Assembly (NCBI GenBank): GCA_035624085.1
Contig: DASPSE010000411.1
Location: 32,233 to 96,232 of the forward strand
From: Terriglobales bacterium
GTDB lineage: Bacteria > Acidobacteriota > Terriglobia > Terriglobales > Acidobacteriaceae
Reading direction: 5' to 3'
Length of the DNA stretch: 64,000 nucleotides
Shown here: positions 1 to 10,054 of the stretch, piece by piece
Numbering within the stretch: the stretch's first letter is position 1
Layout of the letters: every line of letters starts with the position of its first letter
Notes under the pieces: generated by a model
Database searches by the model: none
Seen by the model: the letters and a program-made list of their open reading frames with translations, nothing else
What the model was told of the DNA's origin: nothing
Made by a program: the position numbers and the translations under genes

Positions 1-261
1 GGCATTGTGGTGTCGTTCCGATCGGGTGGACCTGTCGTGTACCAATAAAGTCCAAGCAGGACGGCGACACCTCTCGGTTACATGTGCCCCCTGTTTTCGG
101 ATTCCCGTGCCCTTACCGGGACGCCGAATCCGTGGCTCCCAGTAGCGGGTCGAAGCCCCATAATCAAATTTGGACCGGCACCCGCTCCGACATTAGGCTC
201 GGACTACCCGCGACCAAACCCCCGGGCTCGGGGCGATACACCTGGGACAAGCACCTTACGC

Positions 262-3200
262 TCAGAATGCGAAGCGCAACGCGAACTGCATGAAACGCGG
301 CGTGGTTAGCGTGGATAGATATTTGCCGAAATGGCTCGGGTCATATCCCAGCGAAGGTTGAGCAGAACTGCCCACAGGTCCCCGCACGTCATAGCGAACC
401 GAATTCAGAGTGTTGAACGCTTGCCAGCTGAACTCGAGACGCCTCTGCTCACCGAGAGAGAAATCTTTGCTGACTCCGGTATCGATGTTGAACATGCCAT
501 CGCCAATTACGTTGTTGCGGACTCCCGATTCTCCCGGCCATTCTGGGCGGAACGCCGCCTCTGCCGCAGCAGGATTAGCGAAGATGTCTGGGCCGATGTC
601 CACGCCATTAACAATGGCGTGCTTGGGATTGGAAGCCACTGGAGGCGGGCCGTTCGGCATGGCGTCACCTTCGATATTGTAGTTCGTCGCCCAAGTGGGC
701 CCGTTGTCAACCGAAATGGGGAAGCCGCTTGTCCAACGGAATATGCCGGAGACGTTCCATCCTCCAATTAACGCTTCAAGCAGCGAACCTGCGTCGCCCG
801 CGAGCTTCTGGCCTTTGCCGAAGGGCAGATGGTAGACGAGGTTTGCATTCATCTGGTGGAAGGCATTGAAATCAGAAAGCCCGCGCAGTGACAGCGGGTC
901 CCATGCATTGATGACGATCCCTCCTCCATTTAAGTCGGTGCCGGTTCCACCCGTACCCTCATAGGGACCGATTCGCTCGGCGGCCGATGCCTCGTCAAGC
1001 GATTTGGAAAACGTGTAGTTAAACTGGCCCTGCAGGTTGGACCAGCGGGCACTGTAGGTCGCCTGCAACGCGTTGTAGTCGGAAGTACCAATGTTCCGCC
1101 AGCCATAGAGCGAGCTGAACTGCTCGTGGAAGAAGCTGTACGGTCCGTATTTGCTGTGTGGCAGTGCGGGGTTCAGTCCCGTAATGGAGTCAGGCAAATC
1201 CATTTGGAACAGCGAGAAAGTTTCGTTGTGCGGGTAACAAGTCCAGAGCTCATAAATGTTTTGTGTCGCCGTTGGATTGGCAGGGGTGGCTCCAGGTGCG
1301 CAAGCAAGGGAAGAAGCCTGGCTGCTGAGTGCATTTAGAGTAGCGGTTCCCGCCCATGCCGGGAAGAAATTCTCGAAGAACGGTATAGGCTGAATCTGAT
1401 TCACCGGAGTGCCGACGGCAGCAGCCTTCGAGAGCATGGTAGCTGCCTGGAAATACGTCATCTTGCTGGCTGGATCCGTCGGATCGGCGGGCATGGCCAA
1501 ATCCACCTGTAAAGGCAGGCGCCGTCCTATGCTACCCACGTACGCAACCTGAAGTGAGGAGTGGGGAGTAATTTGGCGCGAGAGCGAGAAATTGAACGTG
1601 TGGGCGTAAGGGGTCTTCAAGCTTTGATCCAGGCCCCAATCGTTAGCAAAGGTGGTCGGCGTGTATGGGAACGTGCTCGTCGGCGTCGGGCCAAACAAGC
1701 AGCCGGGACCACTTAATGACGGGCACGGGGGAGGCAAGCAGGACTGACCCGGTGATGCCGGAGTAAGGCAGGTGAAGCGCGGCGCATCGGAGACCGAGAC
1801 CACACCGGCAGGGTCTCCCAGGTCAGTCGCAAGCCCGAAAGAGCCGTGCTGATCAAAGCTATTCACGATGGGAATGCCGAAATGGTCGTAGCTGATGCTA
1901 TAGCCGCCACGAACCGCGAACTGGTCTTTCTTTCCCAGAATCCTTGAAATCCATCCCTCACCTGTATCTGGTGCCCATGCTACTGCTATGCGTGGTGAAA
2001 AATCCCTGTAATCCCAGTTCCAGAAACCCGGACCATGATTGGCGGGTCCGCCGAGGATGAAAGAAATCTCTCCGGCATTGTTGGCCGGCTGGCCCTGCGC
2101 CATTAGGCTGGCGGTGTGATTGAACCAGTCGGCCAGATTTTGATTTGTGCAGCCGCCGGTCGGAGCCGCAACGCACGGTGACACCTGCAAGCCATTGGTT
2201 TCGTAAGGTGGAGCCTCGAGCACCCAGCGTAGGCCGTAAGTCACTGTGAGTCGCGGCGTCATGCGCCACGTATCCTGTCCATAGAATTCGTAATCATTGA
2301 TCGCGTATCGGCGGCTGATGGGCGAGCCCTGGGGCAGCGCGGTGCCATTGCGGGCGAAGTTGTAAATACCGTCGCCTTCGGGGAAAATGCCCAGCACGAT
2401 GGTGGCCGCGTTGTTGTAGTTCGGACCAAAGTTGCTATCCACCGCTGGATAAAGCTGGCCCGTTGCCGGGTTGGTATTGTTGTGCGGATCCAACGGGCTC
2501 GAGGTGCCGACGATTGTTCCAGTGTTGAGGTAGGTCGCATTGGTTTGAACGTCGGAGAACGAGTTGGCGTAGCTGATGTGTTTGTCGCGAATGAGGAATA
2601 TATCTGTGCCGAACTGAAATGTGTGGTTTCCCCGTGGCCGGTTCAAATTGTCGCTGAACTGGTTTTCGGGAACAAACGTAGTAGTCGAACGAGTAAATGG
2701 AACGAGGTTATCAATCCCATTCAGAAGAACTGCCGGATAGCTCGAGACACCCGCATTTTTTACTCCCTGCCGCACAAAACCCCAGTGAAAATCATTAATG
2801 AGCCTTGGATTGAACAGAGAAGTCAATCCGACCGTTGAACCCTTGCTGTCATCCAGCAGTGTCGTCGCGGCCGATTGACCGGGCCATTGTTGCAGTCCGG
2901 GCTCTTTGAAGTTTTGTGTCTCGCCGCGCCAAAACAGGGTTTGCGAACCGTTGGCAGTAACGTGGTAATCGAGCCGCGTTATATATGTGTTGAAACTGGA
3001 GTCAGCATTGGATGCAAACCGGTAACCCAGCGTGTTCAAGCCGTCGCCGGCATTCTCGTTGGGCGTTGGGTACTGCTGGAGGATGCCTGCAACCGCAGAA
3101 CTGGGACCAATGTGGAGCGGATCCATCGCCTTTATCTGGGATGGCCCCAGCGCATAGTACCCTGCCGAGATGTTGCTCACGCCATTGACGGTGCCGCCGG

Positions 3201-4266
3201 GACAGTCAGCTGTGTCCAAGCTGCCATCCGAGTTCCGTTGACATAAGTAAAGGAGATCGCCTGCCCTGAGCGTTGAGCTGGGCACGGTCCGCAGTACGCT
3301 GGTGCCTTGCGCATCACGGCGCCCCTCATAATTGGCGAAGAAGAAGAGCCGGTTGCGCTTAATCGGACCTCCTAACGTCACTCCGAACACGTTGCGCAAG
3401 AGCTTTGGAGCCTTGTTCGACTGGCCACTGGTAATCTGGGCATTCTTCAAGAAGGGATCGTTGGCGCTGAAGATGGTATTACGGTTGTATTCGTAGATTG
3501 ACCCATGAAACTCGTTGGTGCCACTCTTGGTCACCATCGCCACCTGAGCGCCACTGGAATAGCCCGAGTCGGCGTTCGCGTTGGCTGTGGTAACTCTGAA
3601 TTCCTGTACGGAGTCTGGCGGCACGTTGAGCACGCTGGTAAACGCATATCCAAAATTCTGGTCATTCATCCCGATCCCGTCGACCGTTACATTCGATTGG
3701 TCACTGCGCATGCCGTTCACGGCGCCGCTGCGGGTGTCGGTATCGGCATCCACCTGGGTACCAAGGTACGCGACCCCGGGCTGTAGACTCAGCAGCTGAA
3801 CCACGTTACGGTCGGCAATGGGTAACTGCGCGATCTGATTTTCCTCAATGGTATTGCCGAGAGATGCATCCGTGCGATTGACAAGCGGCGTTTCCGCATG
3901 CACGGTGACCGATTCCGCCACGCCTGCGAGCCGAAACTGAATGTTTAAGGTGGAAGGGGTTTTGACAACGAGGTTCAGCTCGGGCACAAGAAAGGTTGCG
4001 AAACCTGTGGCCGCGGCCTCCAGCCGATATTTGCCGGGCGGCACATCCAAGAACTGATATAGTCCGGCGTTATTGCTCGTCGTTTTGCGCTGTAAACCTG
4101 TAGCTGCATCGGTCAGAGTAATGGTTGCACCTGCGACACCAGCACCCGACGGATCAGAAACGCTGCCGTTCAAGGAACTGGTTGACTGTGCCGATGCCGT
4201 CGCCGCCAGAAACGCCAGCGCTAGCTGAGCCGCCCATCGCTTCTTTGGCCAGATCCTGTGTCCCAT
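262..4266 (-). CDS. TonB-dependent outer-membrane receptor with N-terminal carboxypeptidase-regulatory-like domain (TBDR1)
   Basis: 1334-aa ORF with signal peptide (..AFLAATASAQS). N-terminus GSVSDPSGAGVAGATITLTDAATGLQRKTTSNNAGLYQFLDVPPGKYRL is the typical CarboxypepD_reg motif. Plug and barrel landmarks MVTKSGTNEFHGSIYEY and LFFFANYEGRR are present, and the C-terminus ends in an aromatic residue (ALRFAF). Confidence 0.9.
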   Translation of the reverse strand: MGHRIWPKKRWAAQLALAFLAATASAQSTSSLNGSVSDPSGAGVAGATITLTDAATGLQRKTTSNNAGLYQFLDVPPGKYRLEAAATGFATFLVPELNLVVKTPSTLNIQFRLAGVAESVTVHAETPLVNRTDASLGNTIEENQIAQLPIADRNVVQLLSLQPGVAYLGTQVDADTDTRSGAVNGMRSDQSNVTVDGIGMNDQNFGYAFTSVLNVPPDSVQEFRVTTANANADSGYSSGAQVAMVTKSGTNEFHGSIYEYNRNTIFSANDPFLKNAQITSGQSNKAPKLLRNVFGVTLGGPIKRNRLFFFANYEGRRDAQGTSVLRTVPSSTLRAGDLLYLCQRNSDGSLDTADCPGGTVNGVSNISAGYYALGPSQIKAMDPLHIGPSSAVAGILQQYPTPNENAGDGLNTLGYRFASNADSSFNTYITRLDYHVTANGSQTLFWRGETQNFKEPGLQQWPGQSAATTLLDDSKGSTVGLTSLFNPRLINDFHWGFVRQGVKNAGVSSYPAVLLNGIDNLVPFTRSTTTFVPENQFSDNLNRPRGNHTFQFGTDIFLIRDKHISYANSFSDVQTNATYLNTGTIVGTSSPLDPHNNTNPATGQLYPAVDSNFGPNYNNAATIVLGIFPEGDGIYNFARNGTALPQGSPISRRYAINDYEFYGQDTWRMTPRLTVTYGLRWVLEAPPYETNGLQVSPCVAAPTGGCTNQNLADWFNHTASLMAQGQPANNAGEISFILGGPANHGPGFWNWDYRDFSPRIAVAWAPDTGEGWISRILGKKDQFAVRGGYSISYDHFGIPIVNSFDQHGSFGLATDLGDPAGVVSVSDAPRFTCLTPASPGQSCLPPPCPSLSGPGCLFGPTPTSTFPYTPTTFANDWGLDQSLKTPYAHTFNFSLSRQITPHSSLQVAYVGSIGRRLPLQVDLAMPADPTDPASKMTYFQAATMLSKAAAVGTPVNQIQPIPFFENFFPAWAGTATLNALSSQASSLACAPGATPANPTATQNIYELWTCYPHNETFSLFQMDLPDSITGLNPALPHSKYGPYSFFHEQFSSLYGWRNIGTSDYNALQATYSARWSNLQGQFNYTFSKSLDEASAAERIGPYEGTGGTGTDLNGGGIVINAWDPLSLRGLSDFNAFHQMNANLVYHLPFGKGQKLAGDAGSLLEALIGGWNVSGIFRWTSGFPISVDNGPTWATNYNIEGDAMPNGPPPVASNPKHAIVNGVDIGPDIFANPAAAEAAFRPEWPGESGVRNNVIGDGMFNIDTGVSKDFSLGEQRRLEFSWQAFNTLNSVRYDVRGPVGSSAQPSLGYDPSHFGKYLSTLTTPRFMQFALRFAF

Positions 4267-4292
4267 GACTGGTCACCGTTGCTGGACGCGCA

Positions 4293-4356
4293 ACATAAAA
4301 CGGCTGGTAAGTGAAAGTCAAGCAAAAACGTATTCAGACCTTCATTCATTGTGTAC
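4293..4356 (-). promoter_or_regulatory. Bipartite hexamer site plus sigma70-like promoter upstream of TBDR1
   Basis: On the gene strand: GTACAC (4351-4356), N15, GAATAC (4330-4335), 8 nt containing a T-tract, TTGACT (4316-4321), N17, TTATGT (4293-4298). Same layout as six other sites in the window. Confidence 0.5.
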
Positions 4357-4527
4357 AGTTTCAATGATAGGAGTTGTGACGTCTTGTATTTGGGCATCTA
4401 GGACCTTGGCCGATGGATGATCGATACAGGAGGTAAAGAGTGTGCGCTGTCGCCCAGAAACAGCCCGTAGCGGCTCGCTTCACACTAAGCTCATTAAATT
4501 TCGATTGTTCAGGTCAGACTTGTGAGC

Positions 4528-5040
4528 CTATTCAAGTGCCGCCACACGCGGATGTCTTTCTAGATACTGGCTAACCAAGCTGGCGCACCGTTCGAGAAAC
4601 TCACGCAAGGCGTTATCAAACGCAGATTCAAAGAAACTATTGATGTCAATTTCCCCAACAACTTTGGAGGTCGCGAAGATGGGTATCACAATCTCAGATC
4701 GAGTAAATTCTGAGTCTGGCAAGTAACGCGGGTCGTCCTTGACCCGTTACACAACGATCGTTTTTCCGGCCGAAGCTGCCGCGCCGCAGATGCCGCTCTC
4801 GAAAGGTATAAGTTTGGTGGGGGTGTCCATTCCGGAATATGGTCCGAGTTGCAGCATTCTGGGGTTCTTTGAATCAACCACGTAGAATACTACCCAGTTA
4901 ATCCGCACCAGGCTCTCTCGTAGTCGGTCCTCGATTTTCTGCATAAGAGACTCGGGTGTTGATGTAGTGAGTGCATGTTGTCTGAACTCTTCGAGAAGTT
5001 TGCTGTAGACTTCCGCACTCATAGTGCCGCCACCTAACAT
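4528..5040 (-). pseudogene. GAF-domain protein (YebR / free-Met-sulfoxide-reductase-like fold) interrupted by an in-frame TAA
   Basis: ORFs 5040->4750 and 4722->4528 are in the same frame and are separated only by TAA at 4747-4749. The joined product (..INWVVFYVV..LGPYSG..GICGAAASAGKTIVV*RVKDDPRYLPDSEFTRSEIVIPIF..GEIDINS..) aligns end to end with single-domain GAF proteins of about 165 aa. Confidence 0.65.
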
Positions 5041-5094
5041 CTCGCTGACATCGCAGAAATTCTTACATCGATTCAGTGAGGTCTTTCTCCCCGA

Positions 5095-6240
5095 TTACGC
5101 GCAGAAAATGGATGCGGTAGCAAGCAGCGCATCATGGCAGGTGAGGACTTCGCTGAGGTTGCACCATTCCTCAACAGCGTGCGCTCCTGCTCCACCAGAA
5201 CCGAATATAACGGTCGGAATACCTGCAGCGGCGATCAACGCCGCGTCTGTCCACCCGCTGAATCCCTGAAAGCGTGGCTCCCGTTTCAATTGGATAGCCG
5301 CTGCTTTGCGCAACGTTGTTACAATCAGTTCTGTTTCGGGCACCTCCAGCGGTTCGCGAACTAGCCCGGTCGTGAACGTTCCTTTGAATCTTGGATTCGG
5401 TTTCGACTCTTGATCCAGGATCGACTTTATTTCATCCTGAATTTTAGTCCGGCTCTCACCCGGAATGGTCCTCCGCTCGACGCTGAGTCTGCAGTGTTCT
5501 GGATACGAAGAAAGTTCCTGTCCTCCACTGATTAATGAAGCATGAATTGATGCCGGACCGAGCAGAGGATGTCGTGGACCTTGCGCCAATATTTGGTTCA
5601 GACGGTCCACACCATTTAAGACTTTGCCCATCGCTACGATCGCGTCGACGCCCAAATCTGGCCGGGAGCCGTGAGCAGCAACACCCGAGGTTTCCACCGT
5701 GAACCAAGCAAAGCCTTTATGAGCGATGACGATATCTAGAGCCGTAGGTTCGGTAACAATTGCCGCGTCTGCGGATACTCGCTTCAAGACGGATTCAGTT
5801 CCAATGCTCGCATGTTCTTCATCACACACCGCGGTTAGGATTATGTCTCCACGAAATCGGAGGCGGGCAGCAGACGCAAGGGTTAGCATCGCAGCAGCGA
5901 CACCGGATTTCATGTCGTAGGATCCACGCCCAAAGAGCTTGTCGCCATCAACGCGTGACGTGTGCGGATTTTTCATGCCAGTGACACCAACAGTATCGAT
6001 GTGCCCATTCAGAAGCAGAGAACGACCGCCGCCCGTGCCGGGTACTCTGGCAATTACACTGACCCTTCCCGGTCGGGGTTCATCAAGCTCGACGCTCGCG
6101 CCAGCTTTTTGGAGCCAGTCCGCTATGTATGCGGCGATCTTGGCTTCACCTGCTCCGCCACGCACGAGTTCAGGATTTACCGAATCGATTGAAACGAGAG
6201 CTTCGATGAGATCGCGAACCTGATCTGGTTGTGTGCTCAT
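5095..6240 (-). CDS. M20 family metallopeptidase (ArgE/DapE-type deacylase)
   Basis: 381 aa with LLLNGHIDTVGV, GRGSYDMKSGVAA and a ..DEEHASIG.. metal-ligand pattern typical of acetylornithine deacetylase / succinyl-DAP desuccinylase relatives. Confidence 0.85.
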   Translation of the reverse strand: MSTQPDQVRDLIEALVSIDSVNPELVRGGAGEAKIAAYIADWLQKAGASVELDEPRPGRVSVIARVPGTGGGRSLLLNGHIDTVGVTGMKNPHTSRVDGDKLFGRGSYDMKSGVAAAMLTLASAARLRFRGDIILTAVCDEEHASIGTESVLKRVSADAAIVTEPTALDIVIAHKGFAWFTVETSGVAAHGSRPDLGVDAIVAMGKVLNGVDRLNQILAQGPRHPLLGPASIHASLISGGQELSSYPEHCRLSVERRTIPGESRTKIQDEIKSILDQESKPNPRFKGTFTTGLVREPLEVPETELIVTTLRKAAAIQLKREPRFQGFSGWTDAALIAAAGIPTVIFGSGGAGAHAVEEWCNLSEVLTCHDALLATASIFCA

Positions 6241-6282
6241 TGTTGGTCATTCGCCAGCGTTTGCACGAACCAACCCCTTTTA

Positions 6283-6347
6283 ACTGTATCGACCTCTCAA
6301 AGGAAGTCAAGAACAAACATGTACACAAGAGTGACGGCGTAGTATAC
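6283..6347 (-). promoter_or_regulatory. Bipartite hexamer site plus sigma70-like promoter upstream of the M20 peptidase gene
   Basis: On the gene strand: GTATAC (6342-6347), N15, GTGTAC (6321-6326), N10 (atgtttgttc), TTGACT (6305-6310), N16, TACAGT (6283-6288). Lies in the divergent intergenic region shared with dpaL. Confidence 0.5.
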
Positions 6348-6396
6348 GATCTGCGGCCGAGGTATGTTAGCTTTCGAGAAGGGGCTCGATTCGAAC

Positions 6397-7648
6397 ATGA
6401 CAGAGCCGTATAGCTTGTATGAAAATCCCCGTGCTACGCGACAAGGCTGCACCGACACTCCTGAATTCTCCAGTGCTATGTTCGGAGCGGCATGGAACGA
6501 GATTTCTTCCTGGTCAAATTATCGACCTACGCCCTTAATTTCGCTCTCAGGGTTAGCCAAAGCCAAGGGAATAGGAACGATCCTATACAAGGACGAAGGT
6601 GGTCGATTTGGGCTGGGCAGCTTCAAAGCTCTCGGTGGTGCTTACGCGGTTTGCAGGGTGCTGCAAGCAGCAATTCTAGATCGAATGGGAATGTCCCCGA
6701 GTTCAGAAGAACTTCGTCAGGGACGATTTCGGAATGTAACTGAGACGATTACGGTAGCTACTGCGACGGACGGCAACCACGGACGCTCAGTCGCCTGGGG
6801 GGCAAACCAGTTTCATTGCTGCTGCGTGGTTTATGTCCCGAAAAACTGCAGTCAGAGCCGCGGGCTTGCCATTGCGCGGTATGGTGCACTGGTGGTTCGC
6901 TCCGCTGTTGGATATGACGAAACGGTTCGTCAGTGTCTTCAGGATACGGAAGCTCACGGATGGCTGGTTGTCTCAGACACATCTTGGGAGGGCTATGAAA
7001 GGATTCCCGCGACAGTGATGCAAGGCTATACGGTAATGATAAGAGAAGTGCTGGACCAGTTGAGCGCGGCCAAGAGGCCAACCCATGTTTTTGTGCAGGG
7101 CGGCGTCGGGGGCTTAGCAGGAGCGGTGTGCGCTTTCTTCAGCGAGGCATTGAAAGCCCGAAGACCACGGCTGATTGTGGTGGAAGCCCTCAGGAGCGGC
7201 ATGCATGTTTGCGAGCGCACTTGCAGGTAAGCGTGTGTCCCTCGACAAAGTTCAGAGCATCATGGTGGGGCTTGAGAGTGGCGAGGCATCTCCCCTTGCT
7301 TGGAGGCTCATGGAGCAGGGAATCGACTTTTTCATGACGGTGCCTGATTCTGTCGTACCCGATTGTATGCGGCTCCTTGCATCGTCGCCATACGGAGATC
7401 CTCCGATCGTAGCCGGTGAATCCGCAGTGGCCGGCTTAGCAGGATTATTGTATTTGCTCGACAATCCCGCACTTCGCACTAAACTGGAACTGGATTCAAC
7501 GAGCTCAATCCTTCTTTTTGGCACAGAAGCGGACACTGATCCTGACCTCTATTACAAATTCGTAGGAATGTCGGCTGATCAAGTGAGGCGTCGTGCTGAT
7601 TTTGCCGAGCACAGGATTTCCGATTCTGGTCCTGCTTCGATTTCTTGA
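6397..7648 (+). pseudogene. dpaL: Diaminopropionate ammonia-lyase (PLP fold-type II) carrying a 1-nt frameshift
   Basis: The frame-1 ORF carries ..YRPTPL..KDEGGRFGLGSFKALGGAYAV.. (PLP-lysine motif). The continuation PSGAACMF..SIMVGLESGEASPLAW..IVAGESAVAGLAGL is in frame 2 (ORF 7175-7648). The junction RLIVVE|PSGAAC implies one extra base in GAAG at 7183-7186. Confidence 0.75.
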
Positions 7649-8074
7649 ACCCCGTGCGTTAGGATTGGGCAGTTCTTGCGTTTTCGTGGGGTATTAGTAT
7701 GCCAGGGAGTCAAGACTCCTGGGCCAACGCCGAGCTCTCAGTTGTTGTTGCCTTCCTTGTCGCTCGCGGAAGAAAAGAAAACGCAATGATGATCACGATA
7801 TATTCATCTATTAATTTCCTCGCGTGCCGGACGCTGCAGAGATGCCGGAGCGGCATTTGTCCAGCAGACACAAGCGATTCAATATTCAGCGAGGAAAATG
7901 CGAATCAGAGCATTGGTTTGGTCAGGACGGCAGCAGTCCCGATGCTTGCTCGGCTTTTGCCCCAACCTCGGTGACGTGAGGTTTCTGTCGCTGGCACCTA
8001 ACCATATTTCGGCTTCAACAGGGGCTATTTTTTTACCGGATTCAGGAACTTTAGTAGAATGCAAACCGGAAATT

Positions 8075-8746
8075 ATGAAAGCTTCACTTTTACAGTCTCG
8101 TCAGGCCAGCGACAACGGTCGTATTCCTCTACGCACGGATCTGCGCCGTAAAGTACTGGAGCGGATCCTCAACGGGAAGCTCTCTCCTGGAGTTCGCGTT
8201 AACGAGTCGCGGTTGGCCAAAGAGTTAAGCGTCAGCCGAACGCCTCTTCGTGAGGCGCTCTTCCAGTTAGAACGCGAGGGATTCGTACGCTCGGACAGAG
8301 ATCGCGGTTTTTCAGTGGAGCCCATGAGCGCACGTGAAATTCGCGAACTCTACCCGATGTTGTGGACACTTGAGTGCCTTGCACTTCGCTTGTGCGGCCC
8401 CCGCGCAACGCTGACCGTTCCTTCGCTTACCAGACTCAATAACGAGTTGCGTACTACGCGCAACCCGAAACGCGCTCTCATTCTGGACAATAGCTGGCAT
8501 GAAACACTCCTGGCTTCTTGTCCTAATCGCCGCCTCCAAGATGCTATTCAGGGGTTGCGACTGGCGATACGGAGATACGAACTCCTTTATATGCGGGAAC
8601 TTCCTTTGATCAACGTTTCTGTTCACCAGCATCAGGAGATCATCAAAGCGGTCAAGGACGGGGACACAGCACTCGCATTGGAGAAGCTGGAAGAAAATTG
8701 GCGGTTCAGCATGGAGGAACTTCTCGTCCGTGTGGGAGAACCTTGA
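8075..8746 (+). CDS. GntR-family transcriptional regulator, FadR subfamily (FCD C-terminal domain)
   Basis: Winged-HTH region RVNESRLAKELSVSRTPLREALFQLEREGFV, then an all-helical FCD-like C-terminus (..WHETLLASCPNRRL..HQHQEIIKAVKDGD..). The ATG at 8075 is chosen over the longer ORF start at 7898. Confidence 0.85.
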   Translation: MKASLLQSRQASDNGRIPLRTDLRRKVLERILNGKLSPGVRVNESRLAKELSVSRTPLREALFQLEREGFVRSDRDRGFSVEPMSAREIRELYPMLWTLECLALRLCGPRATLTVPSLTRLNNELRTTRNPKRALILDNSWHETLLASCPNRRLQDAIQGLRLAIRRYELLYMRELPLINVSVHQHQEIIKAVKDGDTALALEKLEENWRFSMEELLVRVGEP

Positions 8747-8821
8747 AGTAGCCGGGAATCTTTACGCCAAGCGCGTAGAACGGGCAAGCCACGCAGCTTC
8801 ACTGTCGAGGAGGTAAGCAGA

Positions 8822-10054
8822 ATGTCTCGGAAAGAGTTGGTGAGTCTGCTGGAAGTTGTTGCTCTGTTTCTCCTGGCAGCAACACCAGCCGCGGCGCAGC
8901 AGCCAAAACTCCACACGCTCACTGAGCAAGAACTGGCCGATATGATGCTGGGTGCAGCGATTCAAGCCAGCCGCGGGGACAACACCGCCGCTAACGTGGC
9001 GGAACTGAAAAAGGCGCTTGCGGAAGGCAAGAAGTTTCAGATGCTTTCGCTCGAAGATCTCCCGGACGATTGGACTGTCGTTTCGACGGGCGATGTTGGT
9101 GGCGGCGGGGCTTGGCCGTACGTGCATTTTCGTACCGAACAGCAGAAGCTGCCGCAGGTGTCCATTCCATACGGCGGAAACGTGATCGCTGCGCGCGAGT
9201 TGAGCAAATATACTGGCAAGCCGATCAAAGCCATAATCCGCAATGAGGCCGATGGGGCCACCCTCGAGGCGCTATTATTGTCCGCCGAGATGGGTGTGCC
9301 GGTGGTGGATGCCTGCATGGCAGGACGATCAGTGCCTGACGAACAGGAGATAATCCCGGCGGCAATGGGGATGCCCCTCGAACCATCCGTTTTGGTCTCG
9401 CAATGGGGCGACGTCGTGATTATTAAAAAGGCCGCGGATCCATTCCGCTTCGAGGACCTCGCCCGAGGATTGGCGGTGGCAAGCGGTGGCGATATTTCCT
9501 GCCTGAATGCAATGATGTCCGGCCGGGATGCCAAGCGCACTACGATCTCGGGGGCTTTGACTCAGGCGATTATGCTCGGACGGACGGCGCGGGAAGCAGT
9601 GGTCCAGAATCAGGATCCAGTACACGCCGTGCTGAAGTCTGTGCACGGCTACAAGCTGTTTCATGGTGTGGTGAACGAGTGCGACACCCGGGGCGACCGG
9701 GGATTCACCTGGAATGCAATCAAGCTCGAAGGAGTGCAGGAAGATGCAGGCCACACTTATAAGATCTGGAACAAGAACGAGAACATCGTCACCTGGTACG
9801 ACGGGAGAGTCGATGCCACTTCGCCCGATACCATGACTCCCCTGGACCCTAAAACCGCTGGAACGGTCAACGGACCGACAGATGGCACGCTTCCCATCGG
9901 TGCCGAAGTCATTATGGTCGGGTTCCCCGCCGATCCGCGCTGGAGAACACCAAAGGGAATCGAATACTTCGGCCCGCGGCACGAGGGATTCGATTTTGAT
10001 TACGTCCCCATCGAGCAATTACAAAAAGCGCGGAATAACGCTCCGGTGCAGTAA
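8822..10054 (+). CDS. DUF917-family protein with predicted N-terminal signal peptide
   Basis: 410 aa. Hydrophobic N-terminus LLEVVALFLLAATPAAAQQ, an STGDVGGGGAWPYV glycine-rich segment, and overall length and pattern resembling DUF917 (hydantoinase-associated) proteins. Family assignment is by recollection only. Confidence 0.5.
   Translation: MSRKELVSLLEVVALFLLAATPAAAQQPKLHTLTEQELADMMLGAAIQASRGDNTAANVAELKKALAEGKKFQMLSLEDLPDDWTVVSTGDVGGGGAWPYVHFRTEQQKLPQVSIPYGGNVIAARELSKYTGKPIKAIIRNEADGATLEALLLSAEMGVPVVDACMAGRSVPDEQEIIPAAMGMPLEPSVLVSQWGDVVIIKKAADPFRFEDLARGLAVASGGDISCLNAMMSGRDAKRTTISGALTQAIMLGRTAREAVVQNQDPVHAVLKSVHGYKLFHGVVNECDTRGDRGFTWNAIKLEGVQEDAGHTYKIWNKNENIVTWYDGRVDATSPDTMTPLDPKTAGTVNGPTDGTLPIGAEVIMVGFPADPRWRTPKGIEYFGPRHEGFDFDYVPIEQLQKARNNAPVQ

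Noticed and set aside
82-309. Two overlapping 69-75-aa ORFs at the left edge
   Set aside because: They are Arg/Pro/Gly-rich, overlap each other in different frames and overlap the 3' end of TBDR1. There is no RBS or family resemblance. They look like chance ORFs in GC-rich DNA.
4747-4749. In-frame TAA in the GAF gene as possible programmed recoding
   Set aside because: Known bacterial recoding uses TGA (Sec) or TAG (Pyl), not TAA, and no SECIS-like structure is needed to explain the sequence. A nonsense mutation or base-call error is the simpler explanation.
7175-7195. The dpaL frame change as a programmed ribosomal frameshift
   Set aside because: The junction (gtggaagccctcagg) has no X-XXY-YYZ slippery heptamer, no upstream SD-like stimulator and no obvious downstream hairpin. 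It looks like a simple 1-nt insertion.
7699-7974. 91-aa ORF in the 426-nt dpaL-gntR intergenic region
   Set aside because: No RBS, an odd composition and no family resemblance. The region more likely holds the gntR promoter. The small hairpin ATGCCG-gag-CGGCAT at about 7842-7856 lacks a U-tract, so it was not called as a terminator.
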